The notes: generated from the sequence alone by a model not told the origin. A stretch of DNA of 64,000 nt from Actinomycetes bacterium (GCA_026708005.1 JAPOVR010000030.1:6933-70932), one strand, 5' to 3'; counted from the first letter of the stretch, positions 10,052-18,613 are shown. A program made the numbers and translations.

Positions 10052-11272
10052 CTGACGGCAGAGAGCACAAGAGACCTCCTTCGCCAGATCGCACAAGCGG
10101 TCGGCACTCCCGTCTTCGTCTATGACGGCGACCGGTTCTGGGAGCGAATCGACCGGCTCCATGCGGCGCTCGAGAACACGCCGCACGCAGCCTGCTACGC
10201 GCTGAAGGCCAACGACGCGCTGGCCCTCATCGCGATCGCAGCGAGAGCCGGCCTCGGCGCTGACGTCGTCTCCGGCGGCGAGCTCCTGAAGGCGCTCCGG
10301 GCAGGCATGCTCCCCGAGGACATCGTCTTCTCGGGCGTGGGCAAGCACCGCGACGAGATCCGAACCGCGCTCGAGATCGGCATCCGGTCGCTGAACGTCG
10401 AGTCGCATGCCGAGCTCAAGGTCGTCGCCGAGGAGGCCTCGAAGGTACGCACAAGAGCGCCGATCTCGATTCGGATCAACCCGAGCGTCGAGCCGGGAAC
10501 GCATCCGTATACCTCGACAGGCGGCGCCGGCTCGAAGTTCGGCATCCCGCTCGATGAGGCCGTCGCCGCGTATCGGTACGCCGATGGCCACCGCTGGCTC
10601 GAGCCGGTCGGCATCGCGTTCCACGTCGGCTCCCAGCTCTTCGACACCGCCCCGATCATCGAGGCGGCAGAGAAGGCTGCCGCGGTGTGGCGCGAGCTCA
10701 TCAGTCTCGGAATCCAACTGCGCGACTTCGATGCGGGCGGCGGCCTCGGCGTGCCCTACGAAGGCCAGCCCGAGCCGTCACTGCGCGGCTACGTCAACCC
10801 CCTGACATCGATTGCCGGATCGCTGGAGGCTACCCTCGTGCTCGAGCTCGGGCGCTGGCTCGTCGCCGAGGCCGGCGTGTTGCTCACCGAGGTGCTTTAC
10901 ACGAAGGACACCGGCAACCGCCACGTCGTCGTCTGCGATGCCGGAATGAACGACCTCATTCGGCCCGCGCTCTACGGTTCCCACCATCCGATCGACCTGC
11001 TCGTCCCGGCCGGAACGCGGGAGCTGCGCCGCGTGGATCTCGTCGGGCCCGTGTGCGAGTCGGGCGACTTCTTCGCACTCGACCGCGAGCTGTCGGCACC
11101 CGAGGCAGGCGACCTCATCCGCATCGGGTTTGCCGGCGCCTACGCCCGGGTTATGAGCTCGACCTACAACGCGCGGCCCCTTGCGCCTGAGGTTCTCATC
11201 GAAGGGTCTGAATGGCGCACGATCCGCGAGCGACAGACTGTTGAGGACCTCAGCCCGGGCGAGCGCGCCTAG
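10052..11272 (+). CDS. lysA: diaminopimelate decarboxylase (start codon unresolved)
   Basis: Frame open from 9905. LysA homology starts about 10070 (LLRQIAQAVGTPVFVYD, PLP lysine in CYALKAND, later GPVCESGD). The track ORF starts only at ATG 10307, which would delete the PLP site. No in-frame ATG/GTG/TTG exists between 9905 and 10307, so CTG 10052 is used provisionally. Confidence 0.8.
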   Translation: MTAESTRDLLRQIAQAVGTPVFVYDGDRFWERIDRLHAALENTPHAACYALKANDALALIAIAARAGLGADVVSGGELLKALRAGMLPEDIVFSGVGKHRDEIRTALEIGIRSLNVESHAELKVVAEEASKVRTRAPISIRINPSVEPGTHPYTSTGGAGSKFGIPLDEAVAAYRYADGHRWLEPVGIAFHVGSQLFDTAPIIEAAEKAAAVWRELISLGIQLRDFDAGGGLGVPYEGQPEPSLRGYVNPLTSIAGSLEATLVLELGRWLVAEAGVLLTEVLYTKDTGNRHVVVCDAGMNDLIRPALYGSHHPIDLLVPAGTRELRRVDLVGPVCESGDFFALDRELSAPEAGDLIRIGFAGAYARVMSSTYNARPLAPEVLIEGSEWRTIRERQTVEDLSPGERA

Positions 11273-11774
11273 AGTAGAGCCCAGGGCTGTCTGAGGCCAG
11301 CCGCTGTTTGGCTTGGGGTGCTCCAGCCGCTGCTGCTGGACCTCACGGCGAGGTAGCTCACGGCGAGGTGTTTCTCGCGGGCGGTTTTGGTGGACCCTGC
11401 TTGGGTCGCTCCGGCCGCAGCTGCCGGAGCTCATGGCGAGAGCGCGCAGCCGCAGAGAGTTGCCGCCGGAATCGCCGTAGGCCGAGCCGACCGGCAAGCG
11501 CTTGGCGGCACTCGCTGCGAGCGTGGCTGCCCTCTGCATGTACGAAGCGACGGGCGAGCGCTTGGCGGCGCCTCTGGGTGACGAGGCGAACGCGCGAATG
11601 CTTGGCAGCGCCTATTGGGCACGCTGCGGGTGGCCAGGTTGGCCAACGCCGTAGCGAGCCGCCTTGCCAGGGAGTCACCACAGTGCGCAGGTAAAGGGGC
11701 GAAGCCACCGGGCCGCCGGGCCGGATCGCCGGGCCGAGCTGCCCCGCCAGCCCGGCACAAAGGGCAACCCGCCT

Positions 11775-11900
11775 CCGCCCACCACCCGGGGGGTGGGTAG
11801 CCGAGATATGCGCACAGATTATTCGCGGGGGTGCTCGCGGTGCGGAAACCTGTATGGACACGGGAAATCTTGTTTCAGGGATGCCCCTGTTTCGCCGGGA
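11775..11900 (+). repeat. dispersed intergenic repeat, copy H
   Basis: CCCACC-ACCCGGGG-GGTGGG hairpin (11778-11797) followed by GTAGCCGAGATATGCGCAC. This aligns with GGGAGGGTAGCCGAGGAACGCGAAC of the reverse complement of 35336-35436. Confidence 0.5.
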
Positions 11901-12189
11901 TGTGCGGACTCGGTTCGGACACAAACCGGGCGTTGTTGCCGCCTTGGCAACACCCTTAACTACCTGATCGTCCCTCTATCCGGTCGCCCCTCCAGCGGCT
12001 GGCTTCCCTCCCCAGGGGAGCGTTCGCCATGGTAGCTAGGGTCTCACGCGCCGCGTCGCGGCCCAGAACGCGGGCTCCTCCGAGGACACCGGCGGCTTGT
12101 ACGGGACTGCACCTGCTCGGGCCGGCCACGGGCGGCACCGCTCGTCACACACGGCGGCCCGGCCAGTCGGACAGACAATCCCCTACCCC

Positions 12190-12423
12190 GCGATGGAGCG
12201 GGCCGGGATCCCCTGGGCCGGCCCCACCGGCCAGCCCCGCACGTTCCACAGCTTCCGCCACACATTCGCCAAACGGGCCCTCGGAACAGGCCGCCCGATC
12301 ACCTGGCTCTCTAAACACCTCGGCCACTCGACCCTCAAAGTCACAACAGACGTCTACGGCCACTGGGAACACGCCGAACGCAAACACCAAGCAGAACAAA
12401 TGACCGGCCTCTTCGGCGTCTAA
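12190..12423 (+). pseudogene. tyrosine recombinase (phage-type integrase) C-terminal remnant
   Basis: ...RTFHSFRHTFAKRALGTGRPITWLSKHLGHSTLKVTTDVYGHW... carries the HxxR, GH and catalytic Y boxes only. No N-terminal or core-binding domain appears in any frame upstream. Flanked on both sides by repeat islands. Confidence 0.6.
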
Positions 12424-12504
12424 ACCCCCCACACCCACAGCCGCCTCTGCCCTCCGCCCCACACCGTCCCTGCGCTCCACCCAACGACACACCACCTCCA
12501 GCCT

Positions 12505-12770
12505 CTGAATGCCACCTTTGCGCATGCCGTGGGAGTGCGGGCAGCCGAGGGCGGGGGGCCTGCGTAGGCCGCTGTTCGCAACCCTTGCGCGGCGAGAAAG
12601 CGTCAATCCTGTCTGGGAGGCCGACTGCTTGCAGCCCTGCTCCACCCTTGCGCCTGCCGGCGCTCCCGGACTGTGCCCGACGGAGAGTCCGTTTGCACCC
12701 CGAATGCCACCCTTGCGCCCCATCCCGGCGTCCGATTCCTCCGCGCGGGCCGCGTCCCTCGATCGCCCAG
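12505..12770 (+). repeat. periodic ~65-nt array marked by CCACC(C/T)TTGCGC
   Basis: Motif at 12512-12523, 12578-12590 (GCAACCCTTGCGC), 12642-12653 and 12707-12718, with spacing 67/63/65 nt. Units 1 and 4 share GAATGCCACCyTTGCGC. The sequence between motifs is diverged. Confidence 0.55.
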
Positions 12771-12936
12771 CCTCACCGACTCCCGCACCCCGCCAGGGTC
12801 GCCTGCCGCGCCAGAAGCCAAGGCAGCCCAGGCCCCGCAGAGACGCGGACCGAACCCTTGCGGCCTACTCGACCCGTCCCCGGTCGCGCCAGGCCCCACG
12901 GAGACGTGATCGAACAGCCTTGCTGGACATCTTCAG

Positions 12937-13908
12937 CTAGGCGGCAGCTTTCGCCGCGCGGCTGAACGCGGCAAGCGAGCGCTCGACGTCAGCGCGGCGC
13001 ACGCCTCGCGCGATCACGACGACGCGGCTGCGCCGATCCTCGTCAGGCCATCCGTCGAGGTGCTGCGGTGGATGGACGATGTGCTGAACGCCGTTCAAGA
13101 GCAGCGGCCCCTCATCGCCCACGTTCAGCAGCCCCTTGACTCGCAGGATGTGCTCCCCGTGCGCAGCCAGCAGCATCGTGAGCCAGACACCGAACGCGGT
13201 CCAGTCGACCTCCTTGTCGAGCAGCACGCAGAACGCGTGCACGTCGTCGGCGTGAGCGTCCTCTGCAAGCTCGAGCTCGCGTGGATCGGGCTCGCGCCCG
13301 CCGAAGAGCAGGGCAGGCTCGACGTCCCCGAAGCGAGCCCGAAGGAGCGGCGCAACCGGGTTGATCACCGCAATGCGCTGCTCGATGTCGGCGACGTCCT
13401 CGGACGAGGTCAGATCGATCTTCGTCAACACGATGCGATCTGCGGCAGCCGCCTGCTTCACGGATTCGGGTTGCCGGGCGAGCTGACCTGCGCCGTTGAC
13501 GGCGTCGACGGTGGTCACGACTGCCTCCAGGGCGAAGTGGTGCTTGACGACAGACTCGGTGAGGAGCGTGTAGAGGACCGGCGCCGGGTCTGCCAGTCCC
13601 GAGGTCTCGACGACGACACGCCGGAAGTGGGGAATCTCACCTCGGCTGCGCCGGGAGACGAGCTCCCGCAGCTCGTCGGCGAGATCTCCCCGCATGACAC
13701 AACAGACGCAGCCGCGGCCCAGCACAACCGTACGCTCGTCGACCGACCGCACGAGGTGATGGTCGATCGGGATCTCGCCGAGCTCGTTGACGATCACCGC
13801 CGTCTCGCCCATGTCGGGGTGAGCCAAGAGCCGTGAGAGCAACGTCGTCTTTCCGCTCCCAAGAAATCCCGTCAGGAGCGTGATGGGATGCTTGCCCTGA
13901 TCAGCCAT
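12937..13908 (-). CDS. COG0523 / CobW-family G3E GTPase (putative metallochaperone)
   Basis: MADQGKHPITLLTGFLGSGKTTLLSRLL (P-loop), CVCC metal motif (GCVCCVMRGDL), and a CobW C-terminal domain. Start trimmed to ATG 13908 within ORF 12937..14085. Confidence 0.85.
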   Translation of the reverse strand: MADQGKHPITLLTGFLGSGKTTLLSRLLAHPDMGETAVIVNELGEIPIDHHLVRSVDERTVVLGRGCVCCVMRGDLADELRELVSRRSRGEIPHFRRVVVETSGLADPAPVLYTLLTESVVKHHFALEAVVTTVDAVNGAGQLARQPESVKQAAAADRIVLTKIDLTSSEDVADIEQRIAVINPVAPLLRARFGDVEPALLFGGREPDPRELELAEDAHADDVHAFCVLLDKEVDWTAFGVWLTMLLAAHGEHILRVKGLLNVGDEGPLLLNGVQHIVHPPQHLDGWPDEDRRSRVVVIARGVRRADVERSLAAFSRAAKAAA

Positions 13909-14185
13909 CGGCCTCGAGCGCGGCGAGGAGGCCAGGGTCGAGTGGATCGAGGGGCCGCCCCGCGAGCTGCTCAGCGGACGTCCAGAGCGCACCCACATCC
14001 TGGACGACCACCGAGCGTCCCTTCCTATCCCGGATTGTGTAGATGGCACCCGCCCAGTCAGCGAGGCTGAGACCCCAGTAGCCAAGGACGCGGTTCAGCA
14101 GCCGCACGCGCAGATCGCGCGCACGACGGCCCCCCGCGATCTCGGCCCAGTGATCCGACAGCAGCGTGCCGCACAAAACGCACAT
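13901..14185 (-). CDS. hypothetical 94-aa protein with N-terminal CxxC, translationally coupled to the COG0523 gene
   Basis: ORF MCVLCGTLLSDHWAEIAGG... has gene-like codon bias, GGGGAGG upstream, and a stop that overlaps the COG0523 ATG (ATGGCTGA). No family recognised. Confidence 0.5.
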   Translation of the reverse strand: MCVLCGTLLSDHWAEIAGGRRARDLRVRLLNRVLGYWGLSLADWAGAIYTIRDRKGRSVVVQDVGALWTSAEQLAGRPLDPLDPGLLAALEADG

Positions 14186-14304
14186 GGCACCCTTATACCT
14201 CCCCAGGTGCGCCTACCCCAGCACTCGCTCGACTCGCCTTCTCCGTAGCCATACCGTAGGTTGCCTCCTACGAGGTCATACCACCACACGAGAGAGGAGA
14301 ACTG

Positions 14305-15186
14305 ATGGCCAAGGAGATCTTGTGCGCCTTCGGTGTTGACGTCGACGCTGTTGCAGGCTGGTTGGGCTCGTACGGCGGCGAAGACTCGCCGGACGACATC
14401 TCGCGCGGCCTGTTCGCCGGCGAGGTCGCCGTCCCGAGGCTCGTGCGCCTCTTCGAGAAGTACGGGATCACGACGACGTGGTTCATCCCAGGCCACTCGG
14501 TCGAGACGTTCCCTGAGCAGACCAAGCAGGTCGTCGATGCAGGGCATGAGATCGGCATGCATGGCTACTCGCACGAGAACCCGATCTCGATGACCCCGGA
14601 GCAGGAGGAGGAGGTCCTGCTCAAGTGCATCGATCTGATCGAGGACGTCTCAGGCAGGCGGCCCCGGGGATACGTCGCACCCTGGTGGGAGTTCTCGAAC
14701 GTGACGAACGAGCTGCTGCTCAAGCACGGCATCAAGTACGACCACTCGTTGATGCACGACGACTTCACGCCGTACTACGTGCGTGTCGGGGACAGCTGGA
14801 CGAAGATCGACTACTCGATTCCCGCCGAGGACTGGATGAAGCCGCTCGTGCGTGGCGAAGAGACCGATCTGATCGAGATCCCGGCCAGCTGGTACCTGGA
14901 CGACCTCCCACCGATGATGTTCATCAAGGCCGCGCCAAACAGCCATGGCTTCGTGAACCCTCGGGATATCGAGCAGCTCTGGCTGGACCAGTTCGACTGG
15001 GTGTATCGCGAGATGGACTACGCCGTCTACGCGATGACGATCCACCCTGACGTCAGCGGGCGGCCGCAGGTCTTGCTCATGCTCGAGCGCATCATCGAGT
15101 ACATCAACGGTCACGAAGGCGTACGCTGGGCCACCTTCGAGGAAATCGCAGACGACTTCGCCGAGCGACCACCCCGCGCAGCCTGA
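14305..15186 (+). CDS. polysaccharide deacetylase-family hydrolase (PuuE allantoinase-like)
   Basis: NodB-type fold motifs ([43 protein letters not shown]). GAGAGGAG Shine-Dalgarno before the ATG. The neighbour is an allantoate-amidohydrolase-type M20 enzyme. Confidence 0.75.
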   Translation: MAKEILCAFGVDVDAVAGWLGSYGGEDSPDDISRGLFAGEVAVPRLVRLFEKYGITTTWFIPGHSVETFPEQTKQVVDAGHEIGMHGYSHENPISMTPEQEEEVLLKCIDLIEDVSGRRPRGYVAPWWEFSNVTNELLLKHGIKYDHSLMHDDFTPYYVRVGDSWTKIDYSIPAEDWMKPLVRGEETDLIEIPASWYLDDLPPMMFIKAAPNSHGFVNPRDIEQLWLDQFDWVYREMDYAVYAMTIHPDVSGRPQVLLMLERIIEYINGHEGVRWATFEEIADDFAERPPRAA

Positions 15187-15242
15187 GACTACGCCGCGAA
15201 CGGCGACACCCGCGGGTGCGACAGCCGAGCTCGAACGACCGA

Positions 15243-15359
15243 TTAGCCGGCGCCGCGGCGCCGCTTGGAGATCCTGGCAGCCCGACGCTTGACGCGCATC
15301 TTCTTCTCACGCTGGCGGTCGCGCTTCCAGCGCACGCTTCGCCGAGAGCCTCGTCCCAC
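15243..15359 (-). CDS. possible 38-aa arginine/lysine-rich small protein (not in ORF track)
   Basis: Own translation from GTG 15359 gives MGRGSRRSVRWKRDRQREKKMRVKRRAARISKRRRGAG, ending at TAA 15245-15243. The AAG/AGA-rich stretch is compositionally atypical for the surrounding intergenic DNA. Composition resembles small basic ribosome-associated peptides (bS22-like), but no clear Shine-Dalgarno. Confidence 0.3.
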   Translation of the reverse strand: MGRGSRRSVRWKRDRQREKKMRVKRRAARISKRRRGAG

Positions 15360-15447
15360 GGGGGGACTCTACATGGCGTCCGAGCCCTCGCGCCGCTGGG
15401 CAAGCAACAGCCGATCGATTCCACCAGCGATCATCTAGGCTTGCGAG

Positions 15448-16740
15448 GTGGCGCTAGAGCCAGGCCGGACCATCGAGGAGCTCCAGGAGCTTCGGGAGCT
15501 CACAGGCACCGAGCTGGGCGCACAGCGCGTCTGCTGGACAGAGACCTGGAGGGAGGCGAGAGCCTGGCTGCGGGCCAAGTTCGAGGAGCTGCCAGTCGAT
15601 GTCGAGCAGGACGAGGCAGGCAATCTGTGGGCAACGCTGCACGGGCAATCCGAGCGAGCGGTCGTCATCGGCGGTCACATCGATTCGGTGCCCGACGGCG
15701 GGTGGCTTGACGGCTGCCTGAACACGCTCGCCGGGCTGGAGTCGCTCCGGCGAATCGCCGCCGAGGGCACACCGGACGTGACGGTGCGCTTGGTCGACTG
15801 GGCCGATGAAGAAGGCGCTCGGTTCAGAAGCAGCCTCCTCGGCTCGAGTGCCTGCTCAGGGGCGCTCGACGTCGACTCGGCCCGGCAGCTCACCGACCGC
15901 GACGGTGTGCTCCTGCCCGATGCCCTGGCCGAGCACGGTGTTCTCCTCGATCGCATGAAGGACGCACGCCAGCAGCTCGACAGCGCGGCCGCCTACCTCG
16001 AGCTGCATATCGAGCAAGGGCCGGTGCTCGAGCGGCTTGGACTACCGCTCGGAGCTGTTCTCGGGACCTTTGGTGTCGAGCGCTACGTCGTTCGCTTTCT
16101 CGGCCAGACGGCGCACTCGGGCTCGACGCCGATGGAGGATCGACGCGACGCGTTCGCGGGCGCCGCGCGGCTCTCGCTGGAGATCCGCGAGTGCACCCGA
16201 AGCGTCGGAGCAGGAGCTGTCTCGACCACGGGCAGCGTCGTCACGCAGCCGGGCATCGTGACCGCTGTCGCAGGCGTGTGCGAGATGACGGTTGACATAC
16301 GCCATCTCGACCCGGACGTGGTCGCCATGCTCCTGCGAAGCGCACGAGAGGCCAGCGAGCGCATTGCGGCCGAGGAGCGGCTCGAGGTCGAGTGGGAGTA
16401 TCTCTGGAACATTCACCCGATTCCATTCGACCCGACGCTGATCGATCTCGCCGGCGAGGCCATCGAAGAGGTGGCTGGCAAGTCGCATCGGCTACCCAGC
16501 GGCCCACTGCACGACGCCGCGGAGGTCACCCGCGCAGGCGTGCCGGCAGTCATGCTGTTCGTGCAGAGCCTGAACGGGCTGAGCCACACGAAGGAGGAAG
16601 ACACGAAGCTCGATCACATCGAGCTTTCGGTTGCCGCCCTCGACCGGCTCGCCTCCAAGGCGATCGACTATGTTCTCACCGGCGAGCCAGCCTCCGGGCC
16701 GAGCCCACCGGCTAGCTTTCGGCACGCCGGCCGGAGTTGA
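15448..16740 (+). CDS. M20-family amidohydrolase (allantoate amidohydrolase / N-carbamoyl-amino-acid hydrolase type)
   Basis: GGHIDSVPDGGWLDGCLN, VDWADEEGARF, GQTAHSGSTPM motifs of the AllC/HyuC subgroup. GTG start. Confidence 0.85.
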   Translation: MALEPGRTIEELQELRELTGTELGAQRVCWTETWREARAWLRAKFEELPVDVEQDEAGNLWATLHGQSERAVVIGGHIDSVPDGGWLDGCLNTLAGLESLRRIAAEGTPDVTVRLVDWADEEGARFRSSLLGSSACSGALDVDSARQLTDRDGVLLPDALAEHGVLLDRMKDARQQLDSAAAYLELHIEQGPVLERLGLPLGAVLGTFGVERYVVRFLGQTAHSGSTPMEDRRDAFAGAARLSLEIRECTRSVGAGAVSTTGSVVTQPGIVTAVAGVCEMTVDIRHLDPDVVAMLLRSAREASERIAAEERLEVEWEYLWNIHPIPFDPTLIDLAGEAIEEVAGKSHRLPSGPLHDAAEVTRAGVPAVMLFVQSLNGLSHTKEEDTKLDHIELSVAALDRLASKAIDYVLTGEPASGPSPPASFRHAGRS

Positions 16741-16964
16741 TCGCGCAGACGCCGCAAGCCCGACGCGGGGTGCCAGCCGCGGGCGGGTGAGGAGACCGTC
16801 GGCCTCGGTTCCGCAGGCCGGCGTCCGCCGGCCACGGGCGAAGCGCCGCCCAGGCGCGGTCTCGCAGGTCGCGGGCGAAGGGTCGCACGGTCGCCATCTT
16901 GCAGCTCGGGGACGCGCAGGCCGCAGGTGCGCAGGACTCGGCCGGCAAGACTCGGCTGCGCAGA

Positions 16965-17040
16965 GCCCCCCACCAGAGCCCGGGAGGCTACCAGGCGGAA
17001 CGTGAGCAATTCGTGCCGGTTCTGTCACGATTCCCACGCC
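16965..17040 (+). repeat. dispersed intergenic repeat, copy B
   Basis: 16979-17033 is 45/55 identical (ungapped) to 31677-31731. Contains the imperfect inverted repeat ATTCGTGCCGGTTCTGTCACGATTC (17009-17033). Confidence 0.65.
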
Positions 17041-17098
17041 TCGCCGTCCCGTCCCTCGCTACCCGACGCTCCCGACAACCAGCCTCGCGCCCCACACC

Positions 17099-17358
17099 TC
17101 GCCGCAGATCAGCCCCGCCGGCGACGAGCCCCATTGCCGCCTCCCCTCGCCGGAGATCAGCCCCCGGCGACGAGCCTCGCCGGCCAGTTCCTGCCGCCCG
17201 ACGCTTCGCTGGGCCGATCCCCGCCGGCCCACCCCCGCCGCCCCCGCTTCCTGCCGCTCCACATCTCGCTGCCCACTCCCGCCGTGATCGCCCCGCCAGC
17301 TTGGTCCCTGCCGCCCGGTTCCCGCCGCGGTCGCCCCGCCGGCTTGGTCCCTGCCGCC
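17099..17358 (+). repeat. degenerate ~43-49 nt tandem repeats
   Basis: TCGCCGCAGATCAGCCCCGCCGGCGACGAGCC (17099-17130) versus TCGCCGGAGATCAGCCCCCGGCGACGAGCC (17148-17177). TCGCCCCGCCAGCTTGGTCCCTGCCGCC (17288-17315) versus 17331-17358 (27/28 identical). Confidence 0.6.
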
Positions 17359-17953
17359 TCACCCTTGCCGCAGTGACCAAAGACAGCGGTCTCCCGACCG
17401 CCCTGAGCACCTCCAGCCGCTTGGATGGGTGCTCAAACGACTCGCTGAGACACCGGAAAGGGCCCGCACTGGTAGCCGAACCCCGTCGCGCACGGCACCG
17501 AGCGCAGGCGCGCGCCCACGGCCTAGGTCGCCGCCAAGCCGGGCGCAGGCGTCCAATCAGACAACGATCCGCGATCGGCGGCTGGCGTCGGCGACCATGC
17601 CAAGCGGGAGCACGCCTCCCCCGATCGGCAGGCACGCCGTCTGGCAGCGCGCGCATCTTCGCTGCGCCTGATGGAGGAGTTCGCGCTCGGCCGGCTCTGG
17701 AACCAGTGGCGCAGGGCGCACACCATCGCTACGCCCATGAAGCCTCGCGCGCTGAGCGTGACCCAAGTGCCGTTCGACGGAGCCGACCTTCGTTGCACCC
17801 ATGGAGCCTCGCGCGCGCCACCCCCGCCTTTCCCGCGGCGGGAGGAGACAGTTTGCTGCGCCTGATGGAGCCTGGCGCGCGTCCGATGTCAGCAGAGCGG
17901 CGAGATGGGCCGCTGGACACCGAGGCCGTCCCGGCCCATGGCACAGTGCATTG

Positions 17954-18613
17954 TCAAGATGCCGGCAGGAGCGGCGAGGTGGGCCGCTGGGCGAGGCCGC
18001 GCACCTCCGCCAAGGCGTCGAGCACGAGCGGGGTATCCGCGATGGGTACGTCCTCGAGGTATTCGTCGCGCTCCTCGAAGGAGCGGACAATGCGCTGCAA
18101 TCCACCGGCGTAGGTGGCGGCATCGCCGGCGGCCAAGCCGCACAGCGCCTCCGCGACCTCGCGGGGGAACAGCTCTGCACCGAGCAGGGCTCTGGCAAGC
18201 ACGAGCGCATCGTCATCCTCCCCGAGCACAAGCTGCGCAAGACAGGCGGCGTACCAGCCGATAGGTGAGTCGGCCTGCGCGGGGCCCTGCTCGAGCGACC
18301 ACCTCGCGTCGGCGCGAGCGCCGTCCCAGTCTGAGGCCACGACCCGCATCTTGAGCATGCCGATCAAGCGCCCCCAGCTCGCTGGCGGCGCACCGTCATA
18401 GCTCTCACGGTACCGAACCGCAGACTCGAGAAACCACGGCCGCGCGGCGACCGGATTCCCGGCCATCAGGCTCGCGAAGCCAGCGCCCAGCGCGGCGTTC
18501 GCGACGCGAGTCAGCTGCCTCTGCCGCGCGTCGAGGGCGTCGTCTGGAAGCCGGGCCAACCCATCTTCGTGGCGCGCCCGCTCACGCTCGAGGTGTGCTG
18601 TCCAATCCTCCAT
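17954..18613 (-). CDS. hypothetical protein (219 aa)
   Basis: ORF 17954..18709(-) trimmed to MEDWTAHLERERARHEDG... (ATG 18613). Helical, Ala/Leu-rich. No family recognised. Divergent from the helicase gene. Confidence 0.5.
   Translation of the reverse strand: MEDWTAHLERERARHEDGLARLPDDALDARQRQLTRVANAALGAGFASLMAGNPVAARPWFLESAVRYRESYDGAPPASWGRLIGMLKMRVVASDWDGARADARWSLEQGPAQADSPIGWYAACLAQLVLGEDDDALVLARALLGAELFPREVAEALCGLAAGDAATYAGGLQRIVRSFEERDEYLEDVPIADTPLVLDALAEVRGLAQRPTSPLLPAS

Noticed and set aside
11800-12190. tRNA or att site next to the integrase remnant
   Set aside because: No T-loop (GGTTCGAAT-like) or cloverleaf-compatible segment found by eye on either strand. tRNAscan-SE would be decisive.
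12505-12770. Possible CRISPR array (regularly spaced repeats with variable spacers)
   Set aside because: The conserved unit is only 12-18 nt and imperfect, there are only four units, no cas genes or leader, and the same motif occurs singly elsewhere. Does not meet CRISPR criteria.
16899-18113. 404-aa ORF (and overlapping 222-aa, 227-aa ORFs) in the largest intergenic island
   Set aside because: Translation is Pro/Arg/Ala/Ser low complexity generated by the tandem GC-rich repeats. All three frames on both strands are similarly open. No start context. Treated as non-coding.
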